A stretch of 64,000 bases of DNA from an uncultured Alphaproteobacteria bacterium (GCA_944390275.1 CALXPL010000006.1:28734-92733), one strand, 5' to 3'; counted from the first letter of the stretch, positions 46,519 to 57,202 are shown. The notes: a model not told the origin generated them from the letters alone. A program made the numbers and translations.

Positions 46519-47460
46519 ATGTTTCGAAAATTCATATTTTTGTTGTTCGTCTTTCTTAGTGCCTGTTCTTATAATTCCGGAAGAATCAGGTTGCTGAATT
46601 ATGACCTGAGAACAGAACTTTTCGGCGATATTCCCTCTTCAATTATCGTCAGTAAAGGTGATACTCTATATAGTATATCTCGTCGTTATAATGTTCCTTT
46701 ACGCGATTTAATTACTGTTAATCAGTTAACTCCCCCCTATACCCTTGCCGTCGGTCAATCTCTAAGTATTCCTACGGCAAAATATCATATTGTTGCCAAA
46801 GGCGACACCCTTTATAATATTTCAAAACGTTATAATATTGATTTAACTACTTTAAGTCGTCTAAATAACCTATCCCCCCCCTACACACTCTCTATCGGAC
46901 AAAAACTTGCCTTACCAGCAACGATAAGTTCTTCTCGAAATATGTATGCCGATACCGATGACGAAGTTTGGTTACCCCAAAAATCCACAAAGGTTACTTC
47001 CTCAAAAAAATCTACCGTAAAAAAGGCACAAACGAAGGCAAAAAAAACTGTTTCGTCCTCGAAAACAACAACTGTCAAAAAAAGAACAACAAAATTTGCA
47101 TGGCCTGTGAAAGGAACTGTTATTTCTAAATTCGGCACCATCGGTAAAGGTCGCAATAATGACGGCATTAACATAAAAGCCTCGAAAGGAACTGCTGTCA
47201 AAGCGGCTGATAAAGGAACCGTTGTTTATTCTGGTAATGAATTAAAAGGTTTTGGAAATTTAATTCTAATTCGTCATTCTGACGGATGGATTACTGCTTA
47301 TGCTCACAACCAAAAACTCCTTGTCAAAAAAGGGCAAAAAGTCGTGCGCGGAGAAAAAATAGCCACTGTCGGCGATACCGGAGGCGTTAACGAACCTCAA
47401 TTGCATTTTGAAGTTCGTGCCGGGAAAAAACCTGTTAACCCACTAACTTATCTCCCCTAA
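46519..47460 (+). CDS. LysM-domain / M23 peptidase lipoprotein (NlpD-like)
   Basis: Lipobox LSAC. Two LysM repeats (GDTLYSISRRYNV, GDTLYNISKRYNI). C-terminal M23 domain (HSDGWITAYAHN...GDTGG). Confidence 0.8.
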   Translation: MFRKFIFLLFVFLSACSYNSGRIRLLNYDLRTELFGDIPSSIIVSKGDTLYSISRRYNVPLRDLITVNQLTPPYTLAVGQSLSIPTAKYHIVAKGDTLYNISKRYNIDLTTLSRLNNLSPPYTLSIGQKLALPATISSSRNMYADTDDEVWLPQKSTKVTSSKKSTVKKAQTKAKKTVSSSKTTTVKKRTTKFAWPVKGTVISKFGTIGKGRNNDGINIKASKGTAVKAADKGTVVYSGNELKGFGNLILIRHSDGWITAYAHNQKLLVKKGQKVVRGEKIATVGDTGGVNEPQLHFEVRAGKKPVNPLTYLP

Positions 47461-47581
47461 AACGCATAAGAAACATTCTCTTTCTTAAACAATTTGTTAA
47501 CAAGTTTGCTCTTTTGTTATTGTTATCCTTAAATAATCGTGTATATTGCTATAAAGAATTTTTTTAAGGAGAGTATTTAAT

Positions 47582-47968
47582 ATGTTTATTAATGATGCTT
47601 TGGCTCAAACTTCCGCTACTGCTGCACAACAAGGTTCCGTTTTTGCAACAGTTGTTCAGTTGGCTCTTATTTTTTTAATTTTTTATTTATTGCTGATTCG
47701 TCCGCAACAAAAACGAATTAAACAGCATGAAGCCTTGCTTGCTGCCATAAAAAAAGGTGATCAAGTTATCACCGGAGGCGGTATTTTTGCAAAAGTTATT
47801 AATGCAGATAATCCTTTGGAATTAACTGTTGAAATTGCTCCTAATTTAGAAGTTCGTGTTAGCAGAGCGTCTATTCGCGATGTCATTTTGCCTGAAACTA
47901 CTCTTAATGTTTCTGGAAATATTGAAAAAAACAAAGCCGCTAACTCTAACAAGAAAAATAAAAAATAA
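47582..47968 (+). CDS. yajC: preprotein translocase subunit YajC
   Basis: Single TM plus GDQVITGGGIFAKV. Confidence 0.8.
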   Translation: MFINDALAQTSATAAQQGSVFATVVQLALIFLIFYLLLIRPQQKRIKQHEALLAAIKKGDQVITGGGIFAKVINADNPLELTVEIAPNLEVRVSRASIRDVILPETTLNVSGNIEKNKAANSNKKNKK

Positions 47969-47985
47969 TTTAAAGGCATGTCGTC

Positions 47986-49530
47986 ATGTATAAATTATCA
48001 AAATCTCGTATTTTAATTATTCTCGCTATTTGCTTAATTGGCGTCTTTTTTGCTGTTCCGAATCTTATTCGTGATAACAAAAATTTACCTTCTTGGTGGC
48101 AGCCCGTTAATTTAGGTCTTGATTTGCAAGGTGGCTCTAATCTCCTACTCCAAGTTCAAGTCGATGATGTTATCAAAGAAAGAATGGCTAATGTTGAAGA
48201 TTCTATGCGGCAAATTTTGAGAGAAAATAAAATTCGATACACAAATTTATCTGCTCAAGATAATTTTGTCCGTGTGAAAATTGACAATCAACTTTCTAAA
48301 GATAAAGCTCGCTCGTTGTTTCAAAAAATCGACGATGGTATTGTTGTTGAAACGGATGAAGACGGTTTTTTAGTCATTTCTTATTCTGATGTTGCCATCA
48401 ATCAACTCAAACTTAAAATCGTTGACCAATCTATTGAAATTGTCAGACGTCGTATTGATGAACTTGGAACAAAAGAGCCTGTTATTCAAAGGCAAGGTAC
48501 CGATAGAATCGTTGTTCAACTTCCCGGTTTGCAAAATCCTGAAGAAGTTAAATATTTACTTGGAAAAACAGCAAAATTATCGTTTCACCTTGTTGATAGC
48601 CGCTCAAATGCCGCAGATGCCCGCAGAGGAAAATTAAGCAGCTCTTCTCGTTTAATTAATTCGGCTGAAGGCGGAACTTATGTTATTAAAAGAAAACCTG
48701 TTGTCGGCGGAGAAAATCTTGTCGATGCTAATGTTTCTTTTCAAGAAGGAAGTCCTGTTGTCAGCTTTAAGTTTGACTCAATCGGTGGTAAAAAATTTGG
48801 CGAAGCCACAAAAAACAACATTGGAGAACAGCTTGCCATTGTCCTAGATAATGAAGTTTTATCAGCTCCAACCATCCAAACAGCAATTACCGGAGGAAGC
48901 GGTGTTATTACAGGAAATTACACAACAGAATCGGCTAATGAGTTAGCTATGCTCTTGCGTTCCGGTGCTTTACCTGCTCCTTTGGAAGTGTTGGAAGAAC
49001 GTACTGTTGGTGCCGGACTCGGAGCTGATTCTATTTCAGAAGGTGTTACAGCTTCAATTATCGGATTTATTGCAATTGTTGTCTTTATGGTTTTAGCATA
49101 TGGTTTATTTGGTATTTTTACAACTATTACCGTCTTTATGAATCTATTCTTAATGCTTGGAGCTTTAAGCCTTATGGGGGCAACGTTAACCTTACCCGGA
49201 ATTGCCGGTATTATCTTAACTATTGGTATGGCCGTTGATGCGAATGTTCTCATTTTTGAAAGGATGCGCGAAGAAGTTAAAGCAGGAAGAACCCCTAAAG
49301 ACGCCGCTGAAGCTGGATTTACTGAAGCATGGGCAACAATTGTTGATTCAAATTTGACAACTCTTGTGGCTGCTTTTGTCTTGTTCTATTTTGGTACTGG
49401 TCCGGTTAGAGGTTTTGCCGTTACTTTAGCAATTGGTATTGCAACGTCTATGTTTACTTCCGTTACGGTAACAAGACTTATCATAGCGGCATGGATAGCT
49501 CGCTATAAACCGAAGAAACTTCCTATTTAG
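47986..49530 (+). CDS. secD: protein translocase subunit SecD
   Basis: 514 aa. Periplasmic domain followed by 6 TM helices. Conserved GLDLQGG near the N-terminus. Confidence 0.9.
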   Translation: MYKLSKSRILIILAICLIGVFFAVPNLIRDNKNLPSWWQPVNLGLDLQGGSNLLLQVQVDDVIKERMANVEDSMRQILRENKIRYTNLSAQDNFVRVKIDNQLSKDKARSLFQKIDDGIVVETDEDGFLVISYSDVAINQLKLKIVDQSIEIVRRRIDELGTKEPVIQRQGTDRIVVQLPGLQNPEEVKYLLGKTAKLSFHLVDSRSNAADARRGKLSSSSRLINSAEGGTYVIKRKPVVGGENLVDANVSFQEGSPVVSFKFDSIGGKKFGEATKNNIGEQLAIVLDNEVLSAPTIQTAITGGSGVITGNYTTESANELAMLLRSGALPAPLEVLEERTVGAGLGADSISEGVTASIIGFIAIVVFMVLAYGLFGIFTTITVFMNLFLMLGALSLMGATLTLPGIAGIILTIGMAVDANVLIFERMREEVKAGRTPKDAAEAGFTEAWATIVDSNLTTLVAAFVLFYFGTGPVRGFAVTLAIGIATSMFTSVTVTRLIIAAWIARYKPKKLPI

Positions 49531-49547
49531 TATTAAGGATAAAAGAA

Positions 49548-50483
49548 ATGAAACTTTTTAGTTGGGTAACAAAAGATACAACAATTGATTTTATGAAAAC
49601 ACGTAATTTTGGTTATGCTCTTTCCATTATCATGGTTGTCTTGTCTTGTATTTGTTTTTCTATCAAGGGTTTTAATTACGGAATCGATTTTTCCGGTGGT
49701 ATTTTGATGGAAATTAAAGCTAATCAGCCTATTGATATTGAAGCAATGCGTAAAACTCTAAATCACATTGAACTTGATGAAATTAATTTACAAACACTTG
49801 GTGAAATCGGCGATGAAGTTATGATTCGTGCTCAAGCAAAGAATATGAACGAAAAAGAACAAATGGCCGTTATCAATAAAATTAAATCGACATTAGGTTC
49901 TGATTATGAATATCGTAGAGTTGAATTAGTCGGACCTCAAGTCGGTGATGAATTAAAAATCGACGGAATTGTGGCTTCTGTTATTGCGGTTTTGGCAATT
50001 ACTTTATACATTTGGTTCCGTTTTGAATGGCAATTCGCTTTAGGTGCCATGATTGGTTTGATTCATGACATTATTACAACACTTGGTGTCTTGTCATTAT
50101 TTGATTTTGACTTTAGTTTAACAACCGTTGCCGCTATTTTAACTTTAGCCGGTTATTCAGTCAACGATACTGTCGTTACTTATGACAGGATTCGTGAAAA
50201 CTTAAGAAAATTCAAAAAAATGAATCAATATGATTTATTAAATAAAAGTATTAATGACATTTTCTCTCGAACAATTTTGACGGGATTAACAACGTTGCTT
50301 GCTGCCTTAGCTTTATTTGTTTTTGGCGGCGATACCTTACGTAGCTTTTCTTTCGTCATTGTATGGGGTGTAATTATCGGAACTTATTCATCAATATATG
50401 TTTCGGCTACCTTCTTAGATTTATTTGATTTAAGAAAACGTCCTGACGAAAAAGCCATTAATCCTTTTGGAAACGTAGAATAA
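49548..50483 (+). CDS. secF: protein translocase subunit SecF
   Basis: 311 aa. GIDFSGG plus a C-terminal TM bundle. Confidence 0.9.
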   Translation: MKLFSWVTKDTTIDFMKTRNFGYALSIIMVVLSCICFSIKGFNYGIDFSGGILMEIKANQPIDIEAMRKTLNHIELDEINLQTLGEIGDEVMIRAQAKNMNEKEQMAVINKIKSTLGSDYEYRRVELVGPQVGDELKIDGIVASVIAVLAITLYIWFRFEWQFALGAMIGLIHDIITTLGVLSLFDFDFSLTTVAAILTLAGYSVNDTVVTYDRIRENLRKFKKMNQYDLLNKSINDIFSRTILTGLTTLLAALALFVFGGDTLRSFSFVIVWGVIIGTYSSIYVSATFLDLFDLRKRPDEKAINPFGNVE

Positions 50484-50485
50484 AA

Positions 50486-50514
50486 AAAAGGAGTGTTTAT
50501 CACTCCTTTTTTTA
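50486..50514 (+). terminator. rho-independent terminator after secF
   Basis: AAGGAGTG-TTTAT-CACTCCTT followed by T5. Confidence 0.6.
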
Positions 50515-50548
50515 TGTCCTTCTTTTTATTCTTTTCTGAAATTTGTGT

Positions 50549-50577
50549 TTGACTTTTTATTTTATTTTTGATAGTAT
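50549..50577 (+). promoter_or_regulatory. sigma70-like promoter (TTGACT-17nt-TAGTAT) for cysteine-rich paralogue 2
   Basis: Positionally equivalent to 10803..10831. It is followed by a conserved ~55-nt leader. Confidence 0.4.
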
Positions 50578-50630
50578 GACTCCTAGGAGAAAAATGGAGA
50601 GGAAGTTCTTTATTTCCGAAGGAGGATATT

Positions 50631-51653
50631 ATGATGAAATATTGGCATTTTTGTTTTTTATCGACAACAAGTTGTTTGCTCTTGTTGTCCGATAACCTCC
50701 AAGCCGCTGTTTTATTATCTTCTCTTTCTAAATCGAGCCACTATCACTCACACATCCACACTTTATCACACCTCGATTTGTCTCGTTTTTCTCCAAATCT
50801 TTTTCTGGAGCTGACTGATAAGCAATCTTATCAAACTGTTTCTGTATGTTTTATTACCGATACAAGGAATTGTTCGGAAGACAGGTTTGGTAATCTTGAA
50901 AGCCCTAACGGAGGAAATGGCGGCGGGGGAAAACCTGATGACCACGGCACTCCTGAGGAACTTTGTAAACAAGCTGGTTATACCAACACGCCTTGTTCCG
51001 ATGGAAGCTCCCCTACCTCTTATTGCCCTTATGACAGTTCTTATCATTCCGATTGTGAATGTTCTTCCGAATATAATCAAGTTTGTGATACGGCTCTTGG
51101 AGAACAAGGTGTTGGGAATCCTTGCGGCGGCAAATATAAAGAATGTTGTAATCTCTGTTCTGATTATAAATATACATCTATTCCCTCGGGTTATGTGAAC
51201 AACGGTGAATGTCAATCTTGTGATGGTAAAAAATACAAAATCAAATGCGACCCACAAAAATATGTTTTAGCACCAACCTGTGGAACCTTAGGCGGCTATG
51301 GTAATACTTGTACCGATGACGGAGGAACTTACTATGCTGAATGTAAATGTCCCAATAATTATGAATGGAGTTCCTCGCAAAAGAAATGCGTTTGTGCCAC
51401 TTCTTTCAAATATTCTTGCTCCGGTACGGGCTATTCGGGAGGAGATGGAAATTCTTGCGACAACAAATATTCAAAATGTAAATGTGCGAGTGGTTTTACA
51501 TGGAACGCTTCACAAGGAGCTTGTGTTTGTCCCGGCTTTGATTTCTGTACGCTAAGCCAAGATTGTTCCGTTTTGGGTTATGCCCAACAAAGCTGTGAGG
51601 GAAAATCTGTAAAATGTCCGTTCAATACCAATTATGTTTATTGCCTCGATTAG
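50631..51653 (+). CDS. secreted cysteine-rich modular protein, paralogue 2
   Basis: 340 aa. N-terminus MMKYWHFCFLSTTSCLLLLSDNLQA. Modules include QAGYTNTPCSDG...CPYDSSYHSDCEC and GVGNPCGGKYKECC. The terminal module is CTLSQDCSVLGYAQQSCEGKSVKCPF. Confidence 0.6.
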   Translation: MMKYWHFCFLSTTSCLLLLSDNLQAAVLLSSLSKSSHYHSHIHTLSHLDLSRFSPNLFLELTDKQSYQTVSVCFITDTRNCSEDRFGNLESPNGGNGGGGKPDDHGTPEELCKQAGYTNTPCSDGSSPTSYCPYDSSYHSDCECSSEYNQVCDTALGEQGVGNPCGGKYKECCNLCSDYKYTSIPSGYVNNGECQSCDGKKYKIKCDPQKYVLAPTCGTLGGYGNTCTDDGGTYYAECKCPNNYEWSSSQKKCVCATSFKYSCSGTGYSGGDGNSCDNKYSKCKCASGFTWNASQGACVCPGFDFCTLSQDCSVLGYAQQSCEGKSVKCPFNTNYVYCLD

Positions 51654-51667
51654 AAAGGAGAAAAGAA

Positions 51668-52447
51668 ATGAGAAAATTTACTTTATTAACTTCGGTTTTA
51701 TTAACGGCTCCTTTTGCTATGGGCAATGTTTCAGCACAATGCGTTGCGACACAAGATTGTGCAAGTTTAGGCTATACGGAAACATCATGTGAAAACGGCG
51801 GTATTAAATGCCCGTTTGGCAATACATGGGCATGTAAAAGTGAAAGCTGCGACCGAGGAGAAAATAATCCCGATTGTACTTACGGTTCTATTTATTATAA
51901 TGACGGAACCTGTATAAAAGAGTTTGTATCGGGACGAATTCCTATCGGAGTTGTCGTTTATATGGATACCGTAGATAATCAAAAATGGATAATGGCATTA
52001 GACAATGCGGCAAGCTATGTAAAATGGTCACCGGAATATGTCGATATACCGGAAATAACGAATTATACAATAGAGAGAACGGCGGTAAGTGATTTGAAGA
52101 GTTGCGAAAATACGGAAGCGATGCTCGCTTTAGGAGTAGGTACATATCATCCTGCGGCGGCGGCAGCCAAGTATTATGCACCAGCGGGAGCGGGAAGTAC
52201 CAAAGGGAAATGGTGTTTGCCGTCAGCGGGTATCTGGAATATGGTAAATAATCATCGAACGGAAATAGACGCAGCGATTTCACGGGTAAGAGGAACCTCA
52301 TTAGGGTCTTCATCATATTATTGGTCGTCGTCTGAGTGTTCTTCCCAGTATGCTTGGAGGTGGAGTTCCTCGGGGGTGTTCCATAGCTACAGTAAGGACG
52401 ACTACGGCTACAGCGGCTACAGTGTTCGCCCGGTGCTCGCTATTTAA
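51668..52447 (+). CDS. secreted cysteine-containing protein with C-terminal DUF1566 (Lcl-like) domain
   Basis: Signal peptide MRKFTLLTSVLLTAPFAMGNVSAQ. The N-terminal module QDCASLGYTETSCENGGIKCPF matches the last module of the upstream paralogue. The C-terminus KWCLPSAGIWNMV...YYWSSSE...YAWRWSSSGVF...SVRPVLAI follows the DUF1566 pattern. RBS AAAGGAG lies 7 nt upstream. Confidence 0.55.
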   Translation: MRKFTLLTSVLLTAPFAMGNVSAQCVATQDCASLGYTETSCENGGIKCPFGNTWACKSESCDRGENNPDCTYGSIYYNDGTCIKEFVSGRIPIGVVVYMDTVDNQKWIMALDNAASYVKWSPEYVDIPEITNYTIERTAVSDLKSCENTEAMLALGVGTYHPAAAAAKYYAPAGAGSTKGKWCLPSAGIWNMVNNHRTEIDAAISRVRGTSLGSSSYYWSSSECSSQYAWRWSSSGVFHSYSKDDYGYSGYSVRPVLAI

Positions 52448-52459
52448 TTTTCCTATACA

Positions 52460-52496
52460 AAACTACCTCTCTTGGCGGAGAGGTAGTTTTCTTCTG
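52460..52496. terminator. bidirectional terminator (12-bp stem AAACTACCTCTC/GAGAGGTAGTTT)
   Basis: Sits between the convergent 51668..52447 (+) and ettA (-). Confidence 0.55.
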
Positions 52497-52514
52497 TCTT
52501 TTTGATAACTTTTT

Positions 52515-54194
52515 TTATCTTATAAGTGGTTTGTATTTAATGGCATGAGGATTACATGCATCCTCTCCTAAACGGCGTTTTTTATCCTTTTCATATTCTT
52601 CAAAATTTCCCTCAAACCAAACGACATGGCTATCGCCTTCATAAGCTATAATATGTGTTGCCAATCTATCTAAGAACCATCTATCGTGTGATGTAACTAA
52701 GACACAACCCGGATATTCCATAATTCCTTCTTCTAATGAACGAAGTGTATCAACATCCAAATCGTTAGTCGGTTCATCTAATAAAATCACATTTGCTCCT
52801 TTTTTAAGCATTTTAGCCAAGTGAACACGATTCCTTTCTCCGCCGGAAAGTTGTCCGACTTTCTTTTGCTGGTCGCCTCCTTTAAAATTAAATTGTCCAA
52901 CATAAGCTCGCGAAGGCATTTCTTTTTTTCCTAGCTGAATTATATCCAAACCATCGGAAATTTCTTCCCAAACATTTTTATTCGGATTTAATTCATCTCG
53001 CGTTTGATCGACATAGCCTAAATCAACAGTTTCTCCTATTCTTATTTCTCCGGAATCCGGCTGTTCTTGTCCCGTTATCATACGGAACAGCGTAGTTTTT
53101 CCGGCTCCGTTTGGTCCAATTATTCCGACTATTGCTCCCTTGGGAATCTTAAACGATAAATCATCAATTAATAATTTATCTCCATACCCTTTACTTATAT
53201 GATTTGCCTCAATAACCAAATCTCCTAATCTGTCCGTCATCGGAATATTAATATGTGCTTGGGTAATCTTGTCTTTTGTTGCGGCGGACAATAACTCATC
53301 ATAAGCATTTATTCTTGCTTTAGACTTTGCTTGTCTTGCTTTAGGATTTTTTCTAATCCATTCTAACTCATTTGCTAAAGTTCTTTGTCTTGCACTTTCT
53401 TCTTTTTCTTCTTGCTCTAAACGTTTTTGTTTTTGTTCAAGCCAAGAACTGTAATTTCCTTCATATGGAATTCCTTGACCACGGTCTAATTCCAAAATCC
53501 ACCCTGTTACATTATCCAAGAAATAACGGTCGTGAGTTACCATAACAACTGTTCCTTTATAATCTTGGAGATGTTTTTCCAACCATGCAACAGATTCGGC
53601 ATCTAAGTGGTTTGTCGGTTCATCTAAAAGCAACATATCCGGCTTTTGTAACAATAAACGACATAAGGCAACACGGCGTTTTTCTCCTCCCGATAATTTC
53701 GTTACATCGGCATCGCTTGGAGGGCAACGCAAAGCATCCATGGCTATTTGTATTGTTCGTTCAATATTCCAACCATCGCAAGCATCTATTTTCTCTTGAA
53801 GTGCCGCCTGTTCCTCTATTAATGCATTCATTTCATCATCTGTCATAGGCTCTGCAAACTTCATCGAAACTTCTTCATATCTTTTAAGCAAATCTCGAAC
53901 TTCTCCCATACCATCCATAACGTTTTCCATAACGTTTTTATTAGGATCTAATTTTGGTTCTTGTTCCAAATATCCGACGCGAACTCCTTCAGCAGCCCAT
54001 GCCTCACCGTTAAAATCTTTATCTACTCCTGCCATTATTTTTAACAATGTTGATTTTCCGGCTCCGTTTACACCTAAAACCCCTATTTTTGCTCCGGGGA
54101 GAAATGATAAGGTTATTCCTTTAAAAAGCTCTTTTCCATTTGGAAAAACCTTGGTTAAATTTTGCATAACATAGACATACTGGTAGGACGCCAT
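52515..54194 (-). CDS. ettA: ABC-F ATPase, energy-dependent translational throttle EttA
   Basis: Two tandem ABC domains with Walker A at [17 protein letters not shown] and [17 protein letters not shown], and two LSGGE motifs. 559 aa with an EttA-like C-terminus. Confidence 0.9.
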   Translation of the reverse strand: MASYQYVYVMQNLTKVFPNGKELFKGITLSFLPGAKIGVLGVNGAGKSTLLKIMAGVDKDFNGEAWAAEGVRVGYLEQEPKLDPNKNVMENVMDGMGEVRDLLKRYEEVSMKFAEPMTDDEMNALIEEQAALQEKIDACDGWNIERTIQIAMDALRCPPSDADVTKLSGGEKRRVALCRLLLQKPDMLLLDEPTNHLDAESVAWLEKHLQDYKGTVVMVTHDRYFLDNVTGWILELDRGQGIPYEGNYSSWLEQKQKRLEQEEKEESARQRTLANELEWIRKNPKARQAKSKARINAYDELLSAATKDKITQAHINIPMTDRLGDLVIEANHISKGYGDKLLIDDLSFKIPKGAIVGIIGPNGAGKTTLFRMITGQEQPDSGEIRIGETVDLGYVDQTRDELNPNKNVWEEISDGLDIIQLGKKEMPSRAYVGQFNFKGGDQQKKVGQLSGGERNRVHLAKMLKKGANVILLDEPTNDLDVDTLRSLEEGIMEYPGCVLVTSHDRWFLDRLATHIIAYEGDSHVVWFEGNFEEYEKDKKRRLGEDACNPHAIKYKPLIR

Positions 54195-54284
54195 GTCTTC
54201 TTACTCCTTCTCTTTGCTTGTGTTGTCTTAATTTGATGTGCAGTATAACGAATTCTTTTTAACTTGCAATCTTTTTAGTTCTCT

Positions 54285-54950
54285 TTATTTTTTACGCTTG
54301 ATATGCCTTACACCGCTATCATCAATCGCATTATTTTGGACTTCCGGAATCGGAGCTACTTCTTGAACTCCGCTCACTTGTGTTATACTGTCTTTTGAGG
54401 CTGAAACTTCCGGAACATATATGGTTTGAATATCTCCTTCATTTTCACTTGCTTGTATCTTTAATTCCGGAACTTTCTGATTGCCTCTCCCCTGATAAAT
54501 AGCTTTTAAATCATCTCTTATTTTGGTATTCTTTTTATATATTTGTGAGGCATCGTACGGCTCTCTTGGTGTAATTACTTCGCCATCCGGCATTTTTATT
54601 GTTCCATCGGCATAAAGAGTAGCATCAAAAATTTTTTGAGAATTAAAACGCCTATTGATTTCTCCACATTCATAAAATCCATCATATTGTTTGGAAACAT
54701 AGGAATTTGCCTTTTCTTCATTATAGGCATACATGCCTTGTGCTTGAAGTTCGTTATTGGGTGCTTTTGATATCAGAATCGCCCTTGCCAGTAATTCAAA
54801 TGTATCGTACTTTGAAGCACCACATGCCAGACCTTGCCCTGCAACAGAACCTAGAGCCCTGACTTCTTCTAAATAAGGCATTTGTGCTTCTACTCTCTCA
54901 GCACCGACACATAACATAAGAGCAACTATTTTTAATATTCCCTTTTTCAT
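54285..54950 (-). CDS. secreted hypothetical protein
   Basis: 221 aa with signal peptide MKKGILKIVALMLCVGAERVEA. Confidence 0.45.
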   Translation of the reverse strand: MKKGILKIVALMLCVGAERVEAQMPYLEEVRALGSVAGQGLACGASKYDTFELLARAILISKAPNNELQAQGMYAYNEEKANSYVSKQYDGFYECGEINRRFNSQKIFDATLYADGTIKMPDGEVITPREPYDASQIYKKNTKIRDDLKAIYQGRGNQKVPELKIQASENEGDIQTIYVPEVSASKDSITQVSGVQEVAPIPEVQNNAIDDSGVRHIKRKK

Positions 54951-55090
54951 TCCTTTCTCTCCTCTTCTTCCCTTTGATTATATTATTCTCTTAAGAAATA
55001 GCAAGTTTTTTACTCATTTTCGAAAAATATGGTTGACAAACTCTATCTTTTGGCTTATTTTGCGGGCAAATAGTTTGTAAAGGAATTGAT

Positions 55091-55216
55091 ATGAAAGTTT
55101 ATAGCTCTTTAAAATCTAAAAAAGTTCGTGATAAAGACTGCAAAGTTGTTCGTCGTAAAGGTCGCGTATATATCATTAACAAGAAAAACCCCAAGATGAA
55201 AGCTCGTCAAGGTTAA
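55091..55216 (+). CDS. rpmJ: 50S ribosomal protein L36 (zinc-free alphaproteobacterial type)
   Basis: [41 protein letters not shown] (41 aa) matches the L36 core RRKGRV..I.NK.P..KARQG. Not in the ORF track because it is under 60 aa. It is followed by hairpin terminators. Confidence 0.75.
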   Translation: MKVYSSLKSKKVRDKDCKVVRRKGRVYIINKKNPKMKARQG

Positions 55217-55245
55217 TTCTTTGTTGTTGGTTTTTGAAAATTTCT

Positions 55246-55278
55246 AAAGCTCGCTGTTTTTATGCGAGCTTTTTTGTT
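55246..55278 (+). terminator. rho-independent terminator after rpmJ
   Basis: AAAGCTCGC-TGTTTTTAT-GCGAGCTTT followed by TTTGTT. Confidence 0.6.
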
Positions 55279-55297
55279 ATTTCATTTTATTTATTTT

Positions 55298-55330
55298 TAA
55301 AGCTCCTTATTTCTAAGGAGCTTTTCTTTA
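55298..55330. terminator. second hairpin terminator (AAAGCTCCTTA-TTTC-TAAGGAGCTTT)
   Basis: It is in tandem with the previous terminator and lies immediately 3' of the pyk stop on the opposite strand. Confidence 0.5.
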
Positions 55331-55331
55331 T

Positions 55332-56765
55332 TTATTTTTCTTTCGGAATATATACCGTATGTAGCATATTGGTTCGACCTTTCTTTCCTAACGGAAAACC
55401 TGCGGTAATAATAATATGCTCTCCGGGTTTGGCAAAACCATTCTCTACGGCTACTTTTATTGCAATTTCTTCTATCTTATCAAAACTCTTGAAACTTGCT
55501 TTATTTATGTAGCTTTTAGCACCCCAAACAATTCCTAAACGACGAGCAACTATGATATCCGGTGTTATTGCCAATATGGGCAAATTTGGTCTTTCACGAG
55601 CTGTTAATAATGTTGTTAAACCTGATGAGGTATAAGTAACAATACACGCAACTTTTTGCAATACACTTGATATATCACTGGCAGCAAAAGTTATCGAATC
55701 GGATTCTCCAACACAGCACGGATGAACGCGAGAGCTTTCCATTAATTTATAAAAAAGTGGATCTGCTTCTACTTCCGTAATAATATCTCTCATCATCTTT
55801 ACTGCTTCTACCGGATATTTACCGGCAGCACTCTCAGCGGACAACATTACCGTATCTGCACCATCATAAACAGCTGTTGCAACATCCGAGGCTTCTGCTC
55901 GGGTTGGGCTGGGGTTGTTAATCATCGATTCAAGCATTTGAGTGGCTATAATTACCGGCTTTGCTTTTCTACGGCATGCCGATACTATCTTCTTTTGCAA
56001 AACCGGAACGGTTTGTATCGGGCATTCTACTCCCAAATCTCCTCTGGCTACCATTATTCCATCCGAAAGTTCAATTATTTCATCTAACTCATTAATGGCA
56101 TTGGGTTTTTCCAGTTTTGATATAATCCAGGCCTTGTCTCCGACTAACTTTTTAGCCATACGAACATCGTCGGCTTTTTGCACAAAGGATAGGCATATCC
56201 AATCAAACCCTAACTTCAGCGCAAATTTTAAATCTTCTTCATCCTTTGGCGTAATCGCTGATATCGGCAAGGTAATATTGGGTAAATTTACACCTTTATG
56301 GCTGGATAATTCTCCGCCAACAACAACTGTTGTCCATATGTTGTTTTTGTCGGCTTTATCAACATGGAGACGAATATTACCGTCATTTAACAACAACTCA
56401 TCGCCGGCTTTTACTGCGGCAAAAATTTCCGGATGCGGCAATGTTACTCTTGTTTCGTCACCAAGTTCTGAACGCATATCAAATTTAAATGCTTGGCGCT
56501 CTTTTAATATTACCTTCCCTTCTTTGAATTCCCCTACTCTTAATTTCGGTCCTTGCATATCCGCTATTAACGTTATGTGTCTTCCTTTTTCTTCCGATAG
56601 CTTTCGAACTATTTCATAACGCGCTTTATGTTCCGCATGCGTTCCGTGACTAAAATTAAAACGAAAAGCATCGGCTCCCGAATCTATCAACTTTTCAATT
56701 ACTTCTTTAGATGCTGATGAGGGGCCTATCGTTGCTAATATATGTGTTTTTGTATTTTTAGGCAT
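55332..56765 (-). CDS. pyk: pyruvate kinase
   Basis: MPKNTKTHILATIGPSS...FNFSHG...MVARGDLGVE. 477 aa. Confidence 0.9.
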   Translation of the reverse strand: MPKNTKTHILATIGPSSASKEVIEKLIDSGADAFRFNFSHGTHAEHKARYEIVRKLSEEKGRHITLIADMQGPKLRVGEFKEGKVILKERQAFKFDMRSELGDETRVTLPHPEIFAAVKAGDELLLNDGNIRLHVDKADKNNIWTTVVVGGELSSHKGVNLPNITLPISAITPKDEEDLKFALKLGFDWICLSFVQKADDVRMAKKLVGDKAWIISKLEKPNAINELDEIIELSDGIMVARGDLGVECPIQTVPVLQKKIVSACRRKAKPVIIATQMLESMINNPSPTRAEASDVATAVYDGADTVMLSAESAAGKYPVEAVKMMRDIITEVEADPLFYKLMESSRVHPCCVGESDSITFAASDISSVLQKVACIVTYTSSGLTTLLTARERPNLPILAITPDIIVARRLGIVWGAKSYINKASFKSFDKIEEIAIKVAVENGFAKPGEHIIITAGFPLGKKGRTNMLHTVYIPKEK

Positions 56766-56931
56766 CGTTTTTCCTTTAACTTGTTTACCTACTTTTTTGG
56801 TCAGTTTATCTCAAAATATATTAACAAGCTATTAGCTTCAAGCACATATCCCATAAAATTTATTGCTTGTAAATTAATTTGACTTTTGTTAAATTTCTAC
56901 CATTGTTTCAAATATGTTAAGGAGAGAAATT

Positions 56932-57174
56932 ATGACTGATGTTGGAGGAATTGATAGTTCTCGTTTGGCTTCTTTGATTGAAAGAATCGAACATCTTGAA
57001 GAAGAAAAAGCCGCTATTGCTTCAGATATCCGCGATATTTTTGCTGAAGCTAAAGGTGCCGGCTTTGATGTAAAAATTATGAGAGCTATTCTTAAATTAC
57101 GCAAAATGAATGCTGCTGACCGTGATGAGCAAGAAATTTTGCTTGAAACTTATCGTAAAGCTCTTGATATTTAA
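56932..57174 (+). CDS. gapR: GapR-like DUF2312 (UPF0335) nucleoid-associated protein
   Basis: LASLIERIEHLEEEKAAIASDIRDIFAEAKGAGFDVKIMRAILKLRKM is highly characteristic of this alphaproteobacterial family. Start MTDVGG with AAGGAG upstream. Confidence 0.8.
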   Translation: MTDVGGIDSSRLASLIERIEHLEEEKAAIASDIRDIFAEAKGAGFDVKIMRAILKLRKMNAADRDEQEILLETYRKALDI

Positions 57175-57202
57175 TCCACTTTAACTATTTACTTTGCTCT
57201 TT

